In this document: piece by piece, positions 29,259 to 43,745 of the stretch
Layout of the letters: each line of letters begins with the position of its first letter
Numbering within the stretch: the stretch's first letter is position 1
Origin: Eledone cirrhosa
Lineage: Eukaryota
DNA: 64,000 bases
Direction of reading: 5' to 3'
NCBI GenBank assembly: GCA_964016885.1
Contig: OZ024749.1
Location: forward strand, 37,758,001 to 37,822,000
Made by a program: the position numbers and the translations under genes
Notes under the pieces: model-generated
Told to the model about the DNA's origin: nothing
What the model saw: the letters and a program-made list of their open reading frames with translations, nothing else
Database searches by the model: none

Positions 29259-29896
29259 TGTGTGTGAATGTGTGTTATGACTGTAAGATTGCGTGTGTTA
29301 GTGTATATGTGCTCATGTGTGTGTTTATATCTAAGTGCAAACACACGCACAAACATATATGTATGTATATATGTATATATATATGTATGTATATATATAT
29401 GTATACTTGTATGAATGTATTATGTATGTGTGTGTGTATACATGTATATTTAACATTTGGGAACATTTCCTCATAGAATTCCGGAGCCTTTTTACCATTC
29501 CAGTCCACTCTAAATATTGTGGCGTTCCATTGACACGTGTGAATTCTTAATTAAATTTACTGAAAAAATAAACCTAACATAGATAGGCGGAAAAAATAAA
29601 TCATAGTTTTACATAGATAACATACATACATATATATAATGTAAGGTTGGTTGTGTGTGTGTATATATGAGTGCAGTTATAGGTGTGCGTGTTTGTGTGT
29701 GTGAGTGTGTGTATCATTGACTATGTATGTGTTAGTGAGATAGAGATGAAGATTTTGTAAGTTTTCCTATGGTAGGGATGGTGTGATGTGGGTGTTTATG
29801 AAACTGCATAATATATGTATATAAATATTTATATATATAATGTATATATTATATATAAATAAATAAATAAATAAATAAAAAAATATATATATACAT

Positions 29897-29999
<103 letters not shown>

Positions 30000-30192
30000 A
30001 CGAATGAATTGTGGTAAGGAACCAGGTGGACCATAACGCAGCAGAGTACTCAATACTTAGGGTAGTAGAGTGGGTAATAGGAAAAGGTATGACCCCGACG
30101 GCAGAGCTCAAGCCGTTTCGACGGCTATTTCTGGACAAGAGTCCAGAAATAGCCGTCGAAACGGCTTGAGCTCTGCCGTCAGGATCATACCT

Positions 30193-30236
<44 letters not shown>

Positions 30237-30361
30237 ACACACATATATATATATACATGTAAATATAACAATATACATATGTATGTGGTTATGCTTATAC
30301 ATAAATATTAAATATATGCCTTTGTATATCTACCTATCTATCTATTATATAAATGCATACA

Positions 30362-33300
30362 TATTGATCGCCATGATTAGTGGTACTGCTATTGACCGCC
30401 ATGATTAGTGGTGCTGCTATTGACTGCCATGATTAGTGGTGCTGCTATTGACCGCCATGATTAGTGGTACTGCTATTGACCGCCATGATTAGTGGTGCTG
30501 CTATTGATCGCCATGATTAGTGGTACTGCTATTGACCGCCATGATTAGTGGTGCTGCTATTGACCGCCATGATTAGTGGTACTGCTATTGACCGCCATGA
30601 TTAGTGGTGCTGCTATTGACTGCCATGATTAGTGGTGCTGCTATTGATCGCCATGATTAGTGGTGCTGCTATTGACCGCCATGATTAGTGGTGCTGCTAT
30701 TGACTGCCATGATTAGTGGTGCTGCTATTGACTGCCATGATTAGTTGTGCTGCTATTGACTGCCATGATTAGTGGTGCTGCTATTGACTGCCATGATTAG
30801 TGGTGCTGCTATTGACCGCCATGATTAGTGGTGCTGCTATTGACTGCCATGATTAGTGGTGCTGCTATTGACTGCCATGATTAGTGGTACTGCTATTGAC
30901 TGCCATGATTAGTGGTGCTGCTATTGACCGCCATGATTAGTGGTGCTGCTATTGACTGCCATGATTAGTGGTGCTGCTATTGACTGCCATGATTAGTGGT
31001 ACTGCTATTGACTGCCATGATTAGTGGTGCTGCTATTGACCGCCATGATTAGTGGTGCTGCTATTGACTGCCATGATTAGTGGTGCTGCTATTGACTGCC
31101 ATGATTAGTTGTGCTGCTATTGACTGCCATGATTAGTGGTGCTGCTATTGACTGCCATGATTAGTGGTGCTGCTATTGACCGCCATGATTAGTGGTGCTG
31201 CTATTGACTGCCATGATTAGTGGTGCTGCTATTGACTGCCATGATTAGTTGTGCTGCTATTGACTGCCATGATTAGTGGTACTGCTATTGACTGCCATGA
31301 TTAGTGGTGCTGCTATTGACCGCCATGATTAGTGGTGCTGCTATTGACCGCCATGATTAGTGGTGCTGCTATTGACTGCCATGATTAGTGGTGCTGCTAT
31401 TGACCGCCATGATTAGTGGTGCTGCTATTGACCGCCATGATTAGTGGTGCTGCTATTGACTGCCATGATTAGTGGTGCTGCTATTGACCGCCATGATTAG
31501 TGGTGCTGCTATTGACTGCCATGATTAGTGGTGCTGCTATTGACCGCCATGATTAGTGGTACTGCTATTGACCGCCATGATTAGTGGTGCTGCTATTGAT
31601 CGCCATGATTAGTGGTACTGCTATTGACCGCCATGATTAGTGGTGCTGCTATTGACCGCCATGATTAGTGGTGCTGCTATTGATCACCATGATTAGTGGT
31701 GCTGCTATTGACCGCCATGATTAGTGGTGCTGCTAATGATTGCCATGATTAGTGGTGCTGCTATTGACTGCCATGATTAGTGGTGCTGCTATTGACTGCC
31801 ATGATTAGTGGTGCTGCTATTGACTGCCATGATTAGTGGTGCTGCTATTGACTGCCATGATTAGTTGTGCTGCTATTGACTGCCATGATTAGTGGTGCTG
31901 CTATTGACTGCCATGATTAGTTGTGCTGCTATTGACTGCCATGATTAGTGGTGCTGCTATTGACCGCCATGATTAGTGGTACTGCTATTGACTGCCATGA
32001 TTAGTGGTGCTGCTATTGACCGCCATGATTAGTGGTGCTGCTATTGACCGCCATGATTAGTGGTACTGCTATTGACTGCCATGATTAGTGGTGCTGCTAT
32101 TGACTGCCATGATTAGTGGTGCTGCTATTGACCGCCATGATTAGTGGTGCTGCTATTGACCGCCATGATTAGTGGTACTGCTATTGACCGCCATGATTAG
32201 TGGTACTGCTATTGACCGCCATGATTAGTGGTGCTGCTATTGACCGCCATGATTAGTGGTGCTGCTATTGACCGCCATGATTAGTGGTACTGCTATTGAC
32301 CGCCATGATTTGTGGTGCTGCTATTGACTGCCATGATTAGTGGTGCTGCTATTGACTGCCATGATTAGTGGTGCTGCTATTGACTGCCATGATTAGTGGT
32401 GCTGCTATTGACTGCCATGATTAGTGGTGCTGCTATTGACTGCCATGATTAGTGGTGCTGCTATTGACTGCCATGATTAGTGGTGCTGCTATGACCGCCA
32501 TGATTAGTGGTACTGCTATTGACTGCCATGATTAGTGGTGCTGCTATTGACCGCCATGATTAGTGGTGCTGCTATTGACTGCCATGATTTGTGGTGCTGC
32601 TATTGACCGCCATGATTAGTGGTGCTGCTATTGATCGCCATGATTAGTGGTGCTGCTATTGACTGCCATGATTAGTGGTGCTGCTATTGACCGCCATGAT
32701 TAGTGGTGCTGCTATTGACTGCCATGATTAGTGGTGCTGCTATTGATCGCCATGATTAGTGGTGCTGCTATTGACCGCCATGATTAGTGGTGCTGCTATT
32801 GACTGCCATGATTAGTGGTGCTGCTATTGATCGCCATGATTAGTGGTGCTGCTATTGATCGCCATGATTAGTGGTGCTGCTATTGACTGCCATGATTAGT
32901 GGTACTGCTATTGACTGCCATGATTAGTGGTACTGCTATTGACCGCCATGATTAGTGGTGCTGCTATTGGCCGCCATGATTAGTGGTGCTACTATTGACC
33001 GCCATGATTAGTGGTGCTACTATTGACTGCCATGATTAGTGATGCTGCTATTGACTGCCATGATTAGTGGTGCTGCTATTGACTGCTATTATTAGTGGTG
33101 CTGCTATTGACTGCCATGATTAGTGGTGCTGCTATTGACTGCCATGTTTAGTGGTGCTGCTATTGACCGCCATGATTAGTGGCGCTGCTATTGACTGCCA
33201 TGATTAGTGGTGCTGCTATTGACCGCCATGATTAGTGGCGCTGCTATTGACTGCCATGATTAGTGGTGCTGCTATTGACCGCCATGATTTGTGGTGCTGC

Positions 33301-35178
33301 TATTGACTGCCATGATTAGTGGTGCTGCTATTGACTGCCATGATTTGTGGTGCTGCTATTGACTGCCATGATTTGTGGTGCTGCTATTGACTGCCATGAT
33401 TTGTGGTGCTGCTATTGACTGCCATGATTTGTGGTGCTGCTATTGACTGCCATGATTTGTGGTGCTGCTATTGACTGCCATGATTTGTGGTGCTGCTATT
33501 GACTGCCATGATTAGTGGTGCTGCTATTGACCGCCATGATTAGTGGCGCTGCTATTGACTGCCATGATTTGTGGTGCTGCTATTGATCGCCATGATTAGT
33601 GGTGCTGCTATTGACTGCCATGATTAGTGGTGCTGCTATTGACTGCCATGATTAGTTGTGCTGCTATGACCGCCATGATTAGTGGTGCTGCTATTGACCG
33701 CCATGATTAGTGGTGCTGCTATTGACCGCCATGATTAGTGGTGGTGCTATTGACTGCCATGATTAGTGGTGCTGCTATTGACCGCCATGATTAGTGGTGG
33801 TGCTATTGACCGCCATGATTAGTGGTGCTGCTATTGACCGCCATGATTAGTGGTGCTGCTATTGACCGCCATGATTAGTGGTGCTGCTATTGACTGCCAT
33901 GATTAGTGGTGCTGCTATTGACCGCCATGATTAGTGGTGCTGCTATTGACCGCCATGATTAGTGGTGCTGCTATTGACTGCCATGATTAGTGGTGCTGCT
34001 ATTGACCGCCATGATTAGTGGTGCTGCTATTGACCGCCATGATTAGTGGTGCTGCTATTGACTGCCATGATTAGTGGTGCTGCTATTGACTGCCATGATT
34101 AGTGGTGCTGCTATTGACTGCTATGATTAGTGGTGCTGCTATTGACTGTCATGATTAGTGATGCTGCTTTTGACTGCCATGATGAGTGGTGCTGCTATTG
34201 ACTGCTATGATTAGTGGTGGTGCTATTGACCGCCATGATTAGTGGTGCTGCTATTGACCGCCATGATTAGTGGTGCTACTATTGACCGCCATGATTAGTG
34301 GTGCTACTATTGACTGCCATGATTAGTGATGCTGCTATTGACTGCCATGATGAGTGGTGCTGCTATTGACTGCCATGATTAGTGGTGCTGCTATTGGCCG
34401 CCATGATTAGTGGTGCTGCTATTGACTGCCATGATTAGTGATGCTGCTATTGACTGCCATGATTAGTGGTACTGCTATTGACCGCCATGATTAGTGGTGC
34501 TGCTATTGACTGCCATGATTAGTGGTGCTGCTATTGACCGCCATGATTAGTTGTGCTGCTATTGACTGCCATGATTCGTGGTGCTGCTATTGACTGCCAT
34601 GATTAGTGGTGCTGCTATTGACTGCCATGATTAGTGGTGCTGCTATTGACCGCCATGATTAGTTGTGCTGCTATTGACTGCCATGATTCGTGGTGCTGCT
34701 ATTGACTGCCATGATTAGTGGTGCTGCTATTGACTGCCATGATTAGTGGTGCTGCTATTGACCGCCATGATTAGTGGTGCTGCTATTGACTGCCATGATT
34801 CGTGGTGCTGCTATTGACTGCCATGATTAGTGGTGCTGCTATTGACTGCCATGATTAGTGGTGCTGCTATTGACCGCCATGATTAGTTGTGCTGCTATTG
34901 ACTGCCATGATTCGTGGTGCTGCTATTGACTGCCATGATTAGTGGTGCTGCTATTGACTGCCATGATTAGTGGTGCTGCTATTGACCGCCATGATTAGTT
35001 GTGCTGCTATTGACTGCCATGATTCGTGGTGCTGCTATTGACTGCCATGATTAGTGGTGCCGCTATTGACTGCCATGATTAGTGGTGCTGCTATTGACCG
35101 CCATGATTAGTGGTGCTGCTATTGACTGCCATGATTAGTGGTGCTGCTATTGACCGCCATGATTAGTGGTGCTGCTAT
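30362..35178. repeat. Minisatellite, 28-bp unit, about 170 copies
   Basis: Unit GCCATGATTAGTGGTGCTGCTATTGACY. Confidence 0.97.
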
Positions 35179-35381
35179 CGGTGAAGGAACACAGCGTTGT
35201 GTAACATAGGAAATTGTAGATAGGAATGCTACAGGTGGGATATATTTTGATGGTGCTCTATAGCTATCACCTTTAGATGTTAGCGGATGTAGTAGTAGCG
35301 GCATATAACAGTATAAGGAGGGGACTGAGTCTCATTATGGCTGTGAAAGAAAAGGAAATGGCGAGGACTGGTGTAAAAGAA

Positions 35382-35407
35382 GATGAGGACGATGATGATG
35401 ATGGTGG

Positions 35408-35481
<74 letters not shown>

Positions 35482-35536
35482 GTGATGGTGATTGTGGTGG
35501 TGGTGGTGGTGGTGGTGGTGGTGGTGGTGGTGGTGG

Positions 35537-35567
<31 letters not shown>

Positions 35568-35745
35568 GCTGGTGCTGGTGTTGTTGGCAGTGGTGGTGGT
35601 GGTGAAGAAGAAGAAGAAGAAGAAGAAGAAGAAGAAGAAGAAGAAGAAGAAGAAGAAGAAGAAGAAGAAGAAGAAGAAGAAGAAGAAGAAGAAGAAGAAG
35701 AAGAAGAAGAAGAAGAAGAAGAAGAAGAAGAAGAAGAAGAAGAAG
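35382..35745. repeat. (GAT)n(GGT)n(GAA)n microsatellite
   Basis: Seen directly. Confidence 0.95.
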
Positions 35746-35984
35746 GAAACAGTGTGTATGGAAGCAGCAGTAAATATCGTGACTAAGGAAAGACTGTTGG
35801 TCCCTTATTGTATAGAAAGATGAAAGTGAATGGCTGGTAAAACTGTGGCCTCGAGTTAACTCAAACACATCTATCTGATTCCGTTATTTAGCAATCTAGT
35901 CGCTCTATAGATGGCATTATAGAGGCAACAATGAGTGTAGCATTGTCGTGGCTTTATAGCCAGAGAGAGTTATACAGTATACTA

Positions 35985-36133
35985 GTGGTGTATTGTAGTG
36001 TAGTGTAGTGTGGTGTGGTGTAGTGTAGTGTGGTGTGGTGTGGTGTAGTGTAGTGTAGTGGAGTGTGGTGTGGTGTGGTGCGGTGTGGTGTGGTGCGGTG
36101 TGGTGTGGTGCGGTGCGGTGTGGTGTGGTGTGC
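35985..36133. repeat. Pentanucleotide repeat GTGTA/GTGTG/GTGCG
   Basis: Seen directly. Confidence 0.9.
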
Positions 36134-38011
36134 ACAAATATATCTAGAATAGATGTGTTACATACACACAGACATATATATACTCACGTATACAAACATG
36201 TATATATGTATATAGGGAGATAGATAGATAACGTACCTACATACGCGGGTTTACATTTATATATACACATACATACATACATAGATATATATTATGTACA
36301 AATATATGTATATATATATATAATATAAATTATATATATATATACATATATATACATATATATCCATATATATATATCACATTATATATATATCAACATA
36401 CAGATAGATATATAACGTATGTATTTATATATACGTATTTGTATATATATATATTGTTATACTCAGAAACGATATATATATATATGTGTGTATGTGTGTG
36501 TGTGTGAGTGTGCGTGTGTGCGTGTGTAAGTATATACATGCTTACCTACAGGCATTTCAATGAGAATAAAGACACATCTCCCCCCCCCTCTTCTCTCTGA
36601 CTTTCTTACATACACCCACAACCTACTCGTACGAAAATGTGTATTAGTGTGTACAACTGTATATCTTTGAGTGTGTGTATGAATGTGTGTATGGTTGTTT
36701 GGGTCTTATGTGCATTCGCCTTTGTTAGTATGTGTATGTATGTACGTGAATGCTTGTGAGTGGGTGGAGTGAATGGTTAAAATCCTTAAAGTTATCTAGA
36801 GAGAAACACTTCCTCTATCAAGAATTCTCCCCTGAAAGACCAGTTTTTCAAAGAGACATCCTCTAAATAGATGTCTTTCCATTGAACTTACGTAATTAAT
36901 TGCTGCCATTTATGACACGAAGCATCCTGGAAACTTTGATGCCAGATCTATTTATTGTCAGAAGATCCTCGCTTCCAGACAAATCACCACATCCCTACCA
37001 ACCACACATCCTCACCCTTCTCAATCTTTCTCTCTCTCTCGCTCTCTCTCTCTCTATCTCTCACTCCACCTTTTCCTTGTCGCCATCTAATACGATATAT
37101 CATCTTGCGGTAGGGCAAGTCTTGCTCGCCACTACATCATGTCTTCTGATCTATATTTGTTTCTCTTAGACCAATATCTTGGCCTGCAGGTTTACGTATA
37201 TATCTTAGATACTGGAACTGATTTCTCACAAAGACAATTGTGAGAAGATATTGTTGAACTCTATTGAAAGGGATTTTTTTTTTTATTCTCCCAAAGAAAT
37301 AACCGTTTTTTTCCTAGAATCCTGGGAACGGCCAATAATTTTCCATTCTTTATTCTCATTTATCAATTTTTGTTTTCCTTCTTCTACTTGTTTTTGAGTG
37401 ATTGTTCTCACAGTTTATTTTGCTTATTCTATTTCATTGAAAGCAACTTATATATAAAAGATTTTTGATATTTTAGAATTATATAAAACTTTATAAATAT
37501 ATCATTCTAAGTATTTTCCAATATACTTTACAGAAATGTACACTTCAAACTAATTGTTTTCCTAAGGTATTATTTGTTGGTACTAGATAAACCTTACCAC
37601 CTACGTTCCATTGTAAAATATTCATTTCTGATGGAGGTACAAAGTCTCAAATTGTATTGAAGGTACATTCGGCTATATACTTGTCTGCTATTTCATTTTA
37701 TCCATCCTATAAAGTTTAAAAATTCAGAGTCAATCTCGGTAATTTTTGAACTCATACCGACTGTATCTATACGCTGCACTCTAGCTCTACCCACTCGGCC
37801 TATACACCGCCCATCAATCCCCATCTATTCGGTATATTCATCGCTATGTTATTGTAAAACATTTAATATTGTTTAAACTGCTAGAAATTGCAACAATAAC
37901 TCCATTAGGTTACAATAATGATAGACAAGCTCATTAATGTTTTATTGCTGGTTTTATTGATGATCATTCAGCAAGCTTTCCAGTGAAGTCATCGAACCAT
38001 TCAGATAGTAG

Positions 38012-38264
38012 TCAGTCTACATCTCCTTTGCCATCATTCGGGGAAACGCCTTCTCCATTCTGTCCACCGGCGGACCCGTGGGGAGGCCAGCAAGTGGGGC
38101 CCCATTTGCTCATACAGAGAGATGGTGAGGGCGAGAGAGATGGAGGCGATGACAGTGGGAGTTCGGCTCTTCTGTGTTCGGATCTGGTGTGCAGCGTCAG
38201 TTGTCCGTAGGGAGGTAGTGGTTTGTACTTAGCAAAGGTTTTTAGAACCTTGTGTTTGCGATTC
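38012..38264 (-). CDS. Candidate terminal exon (strand ambiguous)
   Basis: GC-rich unique island. On the minus strand: ctaatacatacag| acceptor, 83 codons NRKHKVLKTFAKYKPLPPYGQ...GKGDVD*, and AATAAA at about 37940-37957. A + strand frame (37983-38210) with a ttccag acceptor is also open. Confidence 0.4.
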
Positions 38265-39258
38265 CTGTATGTATTAGGACAATATAAGTTATGATCTTAA
38301 TAACTATCAACCTTGCGAATCAGCTTAACAAGTGAGCAAATCAGCCAGCTACCTGACTACTAGGCAGGAACCCAAACTGCTAACCAGACAAACATTCAGA
38401 CAGTCACACAACCAGCTAACCAGTCAGCTCGTCAACCAGCCACTAAGCCGACTAGGTGCGAAACCAGTCAGCTAGTTAACTAATAGTAGAGCTAATCAAC
38501 CAACCAGCCAGCTAGCTAACCAAACATTCAACTGGCTAACATTAATGAACAAACCCTCACTGCCAACAACCAACCACACAACTTACCAGCCAGCCAGCCA
38601 ACCACTCATCTAACGTTAACGCTTTAGCATTTACATTACTCTATATATACTATTATATTTTTGGATTGGCAGTATCGGTAGAGAGTCGGACACCATGCTT
38701 TCCAGCATAGTTACGTCCCTCTACAGTCTGAGTTCAAATCCCGCCGAGGTTTACTTTGCCTTTCATCCTTACGGGGTCGATAAAATAAAGTACCAGTAAT
38801 ACACTGGGTATTTGCTGGCCTTGTGCCTAAAGTAGAAACAATTATATTTTCACAGTAAAGGCTTTACCTCACTTAATCTTCTCACATAATATCGAATCTA
38901 CAAGATTTTGATGTTATTTATATAGAGGACAGTACCTTAACGTAGGTAAGAGCGGCCAGTACAGCCAATTTGAACAGAAAGAGGTGAAAGAGTTCTGACC
39001 GGATATGGCTGGTTTAAATGCTAAAGGGTTAAGGCAATCGGTTAAAAAGTAGTTAAACATAAATAATCTCTCATGATTTGTTACATCATCTTCCAAGGTG
39101 GACACACACGCACATATGTGCATACACACATATACACGCACAAGCATATACGTACACAAATAGAGACACACACAGGCACACAAACACACAAACATACACA
39201 CATACATACGAAACATATACACGCACATACATACATACATACGTATATGCACACACAC

Positions 39259-39361
<103 letters not shown>

Positions 39362-39645
39362 CAGACAGCAGTAGATGTCGCCACTGTACCAGCTGACCCT
39401 AGCACTCTGTATCCCATAAATTACTGTCTACATAGTACAACTATACCATGGACACAGACGAAAAGTAAAGTTCCAATCCTAATACTGATTCTTCTCTCTC
39501 TTTCTTATTCTCGCTCTCTCTCTCGCTCTCTACCTACCTACCTACCTATCTATTTCTCTTTCTTTCTCCCTCTCTCTCTCTCTCTCCATCTTTCTCTCTC
39601 ATAAAAAGTCCTTCGTCAGTGATTTTCCAACCATCATTGGTATTT

Positions 39646-39725
<80 letters not shown>

Positions 39726-39728
<3 letters not shown>

Positions 39729-40102
39729 CGAAGGAAATGTGGTAAGGAACCAGGTGGACCATAACGCACCAAAGTACTCAATACTTGAGGTAGTAGAGTG
39801 GGTAATGGGAACCAGTAAGACCCCGACAGCTGAGCTCTGGTCGAAACGGCTTGAGCTCAGCTGTCGGGGTCTTACTGGTTCCTATATATATATATATATA
39901 TATATGAAGAGATTCAGGACCCCGACGGCTGAGCTCCGGCCGTTTCGACACCTCGATCCGAACTGATCCGAACGGATCTAGCTGTCGAAACGGCCGGAGT
40001 TCAGCCGTCGGGGTCCTGAATCATTTCATATTACCCACTCTACAACCCCAAGTATCGAGTACTCTGGTCGGTTATGATCCACCTGGTTTTTACCACACCC
40101 TA

Positions 40103-40107
<5 letters not shown>
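39726..40107. mobile_element. Two adjacent family A elements of different subfamilies, in opposite orientation
   Basis: 39726-39883 (-) and 39905-40107 (+), separated by (TA)n. Confidence 0.8.
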
Positions 40108-40156
<49 letters not shown>

Positions 40157-40397
40157 ATAGTTACGAATACGAATAAGTGACGCAATAACAGAAAATCTTG
40201 TGAGTTTCACGGTTGTTGAAAAAGGAAAATAGACGTGTCAACGTATCGAACACTAGGCCTTCATCAGGAAAGAGCAAAAAAAAAGGGCAAAGAAAATGAG
40301 ACGTGGAAGGTCACTGAAATCAGTGCAGTGTAATAGTACTTCATAAATTACCGTGGGTAATTCGTGGGTGGACAGGTAGAATATATATATATATATA

Positions 40398-40615
40398 TTT
40401 ATTAAAATAACAGATTAAAGTTTAAGCAAAGAATCGCTGCTTAAACGGGTTAAGTTTCAGAAGATCCCGTTAAGGGTGAAAGCAGCGATTCTTTGCTTAA
40501 ACTTTAATCTGTTATTTTAATAAATATTTGCTCTACGGTTCTTATATATTTGATATATATTTATCCTTATCGAGCTCTCTTTGGATTTTAGTCTTCAAAT
40601 TTATTATTATTACTA
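40398..40615 (+). mobile_element. Family B fold-back element
   Basis: Short inverted arm, hammerhead fold, then a tail ending GTCTTCAAATTTATTATTATTAC(TA)n. Other pieces at 11232-11284, 14005-14200, 18680-18812, 26932-26967 and 62935-63050. Confidence 0.75.
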
Positions 40616-40841
40616 TATATATATATATATATATATATATGGGGGGGGGGGGGATCCCGAGTTCAATAGGGGGTAACTACAGTTAATAAGGTACTCAATA
40701 CATTAGTAGAGTTTAAACATCATATTTCATAGAGAAGTGGATTCTATAGGACTAGAACCGTTTCATTCAAAAGAAGATTTCTTTTGAATGAAACAGTTCT
40801 AGTCCCGTAGAAGCCATGTCTATATTTAATAGGATATAAAT

Positions 40842-40890
<49 letters not shown>

Positions 40891-40893
<3 letters not shown>

Positions 40894-41026
40894 GAAGTTA
40901 GTCCTTCATCAGTGATCTTCCAACCATCATTGGTATTTCATCGCTTTAAAGACCATATACCTCCGGTTGGTGCGAGCAACGGCTAAAAAAAGTCGTTGGG
41001 ACACGTAAATAAAGGGGACACGAGTG
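40891..41026 (-). mobile_element. Family L fragment truncated just after CTGATGAAGGAC
   Basis: Homologous to 39601-39646 (CTGACGAAGGAC); microsatellite-flanked. Confidence 0.5.
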
Positions 41027-41213
41027 TATATATATATATATATATATATAAAGAGAGAGGAAGAGAGAGGGTGAGAGAGAGAGAGAGAGGGGGGGATAGA
41101 TAGATAGATATACTGTTCCTTGCGCACCTGGCATCCATTCCACTCACTCTCTCCGCCTAAGTTAATCCATCACCAACTATACATCTGTTAACACCCACTA
41201 TACGTACACACAC

Positions 41214-41277
<64 letters not shown>

Positions 41278-41518
41278 CATATATATATATATATGGGGTA
41301 ATGGCCACACCTTTCCATTAAACACTCCGATCCATCAAAGTATAAGACGACGGTGTACAGCTAACACTGTATTAATAGTTCGAAAATATATATACACACC
41401 AATGTACGTAACCTAATATGACTATGTATTCTTGAACTAATGTGTTGTCTTGTTTATCCTTTATACACACACACAGACACACATGCACACACATAGACAC
41501 ACACGCACGCACACATAG

Positions 41519-41581
<63 letters not shown>

Positions 41582-41636
41582 AGCTGAAGATCCGCAATTG
41601 TTCTCGATATGGTGAACTAACTGTTGTGATACAACT

Positions 41637-41715
<79 letters not shown>

Positions 41716-41718
<3 letters not shown>

Positions 41719-42140
41719 AAGAAGAAATTAAAAGATGGTTAAAAAAGTTCCATGTATTTTATTATGCGCATTTCAAAAACAAATATTATCCTGGGACGAT
41801 ATTTGCGTTCTCATCAGATAAAATAGGGAGACATGATATGAAGCTTAAAAAAAACACTTGTGAACAAGGTAGTGTCTAATCAACATATACATGTTGATTA
41901 GACACTACCTTGCTCAAAAGTGTTTTTTAAAGCTTCATGTCTCCCTATTTTATCTGATGAGAACGCAAATATCGTCCAAGGATGATATTTGTTTTTGAAA
42001 TGCGCATAATAAAATACATGGAACTTTTTTAAACATCTTTTAATTTCTTTTTATATATACTCCAGTCCAATAAACTGTTGAGTGCTACTTAACCGATATT
42101 TGCATTGGTTTATTGTGCTACAATAATACTCACCTCCTAC

Positions 42141-42142
<2 letters not shown>
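41716..42142 (+). mobile_element. Family G fold-back element, arms about 165 bp plus tail about 90 bp
   Basis: Near-perfect inverted repeat centred at about 41888; TA-flanked. Confidence 0.8.
41946..42016 (+). ncRNA. Type I hammerhead ribozyme (family G); mirror copy on minus strand at about 41755-41826
   Basis: TATTTTAT-CTGATGA-[about 17-bp stem II GAACGCAAATATCGTCC/GGATGATATTTGTTTTT]-GAA-ATGCGCAT-A-ATAAAATA. 8-bp stem I, palindromic stem III, AUA triplet. Confidence 0.85.
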
Positions 42143-42223
<81 letters not shown>

Positions 42224-42297
42224 GTATATAGATATATGATTATATAAATATGTATATATATTTGTATGATGTATATATATATACATATATATATATA

Positions 42298-42370
<73 letters not shown>

Positions 42371-42380
42371 TAATATGTAT

Positions 42381-42827
42381 GTGATGAAACACAGATACCA
42401 ACACATTTGTATATTGCGAAAGAAAAATTTAGCCAGATTGTAGTATACTAATTATTATACTACAGTTTGTTCATATCGATTTAAAATAATAAATTAACGG
42501 AGACGAACTGTATTGGCAAAAGGCCGTGATGTTTAGACACATTTAAATTTCAAAATCAAACCTGTTCCGTACATAAGTTTAGACTTTAAGATCCAAATAT
42601 GTTTCGAGTTAAATAAGTGTAGAAATATCAAGTCCCGCTCTCCTCAGTAAACATCCAGAGACAAATTGATATGCTTCACTTCTAAATAATTTAAATTATT
42701 TAGAAGTGAAGCATATCAATTTGTCTCTGGATGTTTACTGAGGAGAGCGGGACTTGATATTCCTACACTTATTTAACTCGAAACATATTTGGATCTTAAA
42801 GTCTAAACTTATCTACGGAACAGGTTT
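42381..42827 (-). mobile_element. Family H fold-back element, arms at least 135 bp, running into the gap
   Basis: Almost perfect spacerless palindrome 42558-42827 centred at 42692/42693. Confidence 0.75.
42733..42801 (+). ncRNA. Degenerate hammerhead-like motif (family H)
   Basis: TTTA-CTGAGGA-GAG...CTC-GAAA-CATATTTGGATC-TTAAA. The core and the base of stem II are clear; stems I and III are imperfect. Confidence 0.4.
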
Positions 42828-43027
42828 NNNNNNNNNNNNNNNNNNNNNNNNNNNNNNNNNNNNNNNNNNNNNNNNNNNNNNNNNNNNNNNNNNNNNNNNN
42901 NNNNNNNNNNNNNNNNNNNNNNNNNNNNNNNNNNNNNNNNNNNNNNNNNNNNNNNNNNNNNNNNNNNNNNNNNNNNNNNNNNNNNNNNNNNNNNNNNNNN
43001 NNNNNNNNNNNNNNNNNNNNNNNNNNN
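42828..43027. other. Assembly gap (200 N)
   Basis: Run of N. Confidence 1.
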
Positions 43028-43702
43028 CCTTTACGATCTAAGTTCAAATCCCGCCGAGGTTGACTTTGCCTTTCATCCTTACGGGGTCGATAAAATAAAG
43101 TACCAGTAATGCACTGGGTAATTTGCTGGCCTTGTGCCTAAAGTAGAAACAATTATTATTCGATATGAGTTCAAATACTGCCGAGGTTAACTTTGCCTTT
43201 CATCCTTGCGGGGTCGATAAAATAAGGTACTAGTAATGCATTAGGGTCGATTTAATCGACTTTCTCCTTCCCTTGAAATTATTGGCCTTGTGCCTAAAGT
43301 AAAAATCATTATTATTCAATATGAAATTCACGAATGCATTTATATATAAATATATATATTTATATTTCCCAACCAACTTTTCAGGAAGCATGATGAAAGA
43401 AATTTTACTCAAACATTCGATTTGATTTTAATTTTAAACCTTTCTTTATTCCTACCAACTCTTTTTAATTAACTTTTTTCACTGGATTTGACAGACAAGA
43501 TGGATCTTAATACTTCGAAACCGGTAATTCTCTCATATACTTTATAGACATCATAAATTTTTTAAAAAAAGAATTGTCCCTCTCTTTTTTTAATAACATC
43601 TTTTTAAAAACACTATCTTTTCAATAATGTCACTCTGACGAATCAAAAAAAGAAAAACAGACCCTTAAATATATCTCCCACGTTATTTCCAACTTCATAT
43701 AT

Positions 43703-43745
<43 letters not shown>

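Noticed and set aside
36540-36575. AG|GTAAG recursive splice site on the minus strand
   Set aside because: Weak pyrimidine tract; expected by chance in 64 kb.
43478-43530. Hammerhead remnant GAAACCGGTA
   Set aside because: The CUGANGA strand and stem I are missing; too degenerate to call.
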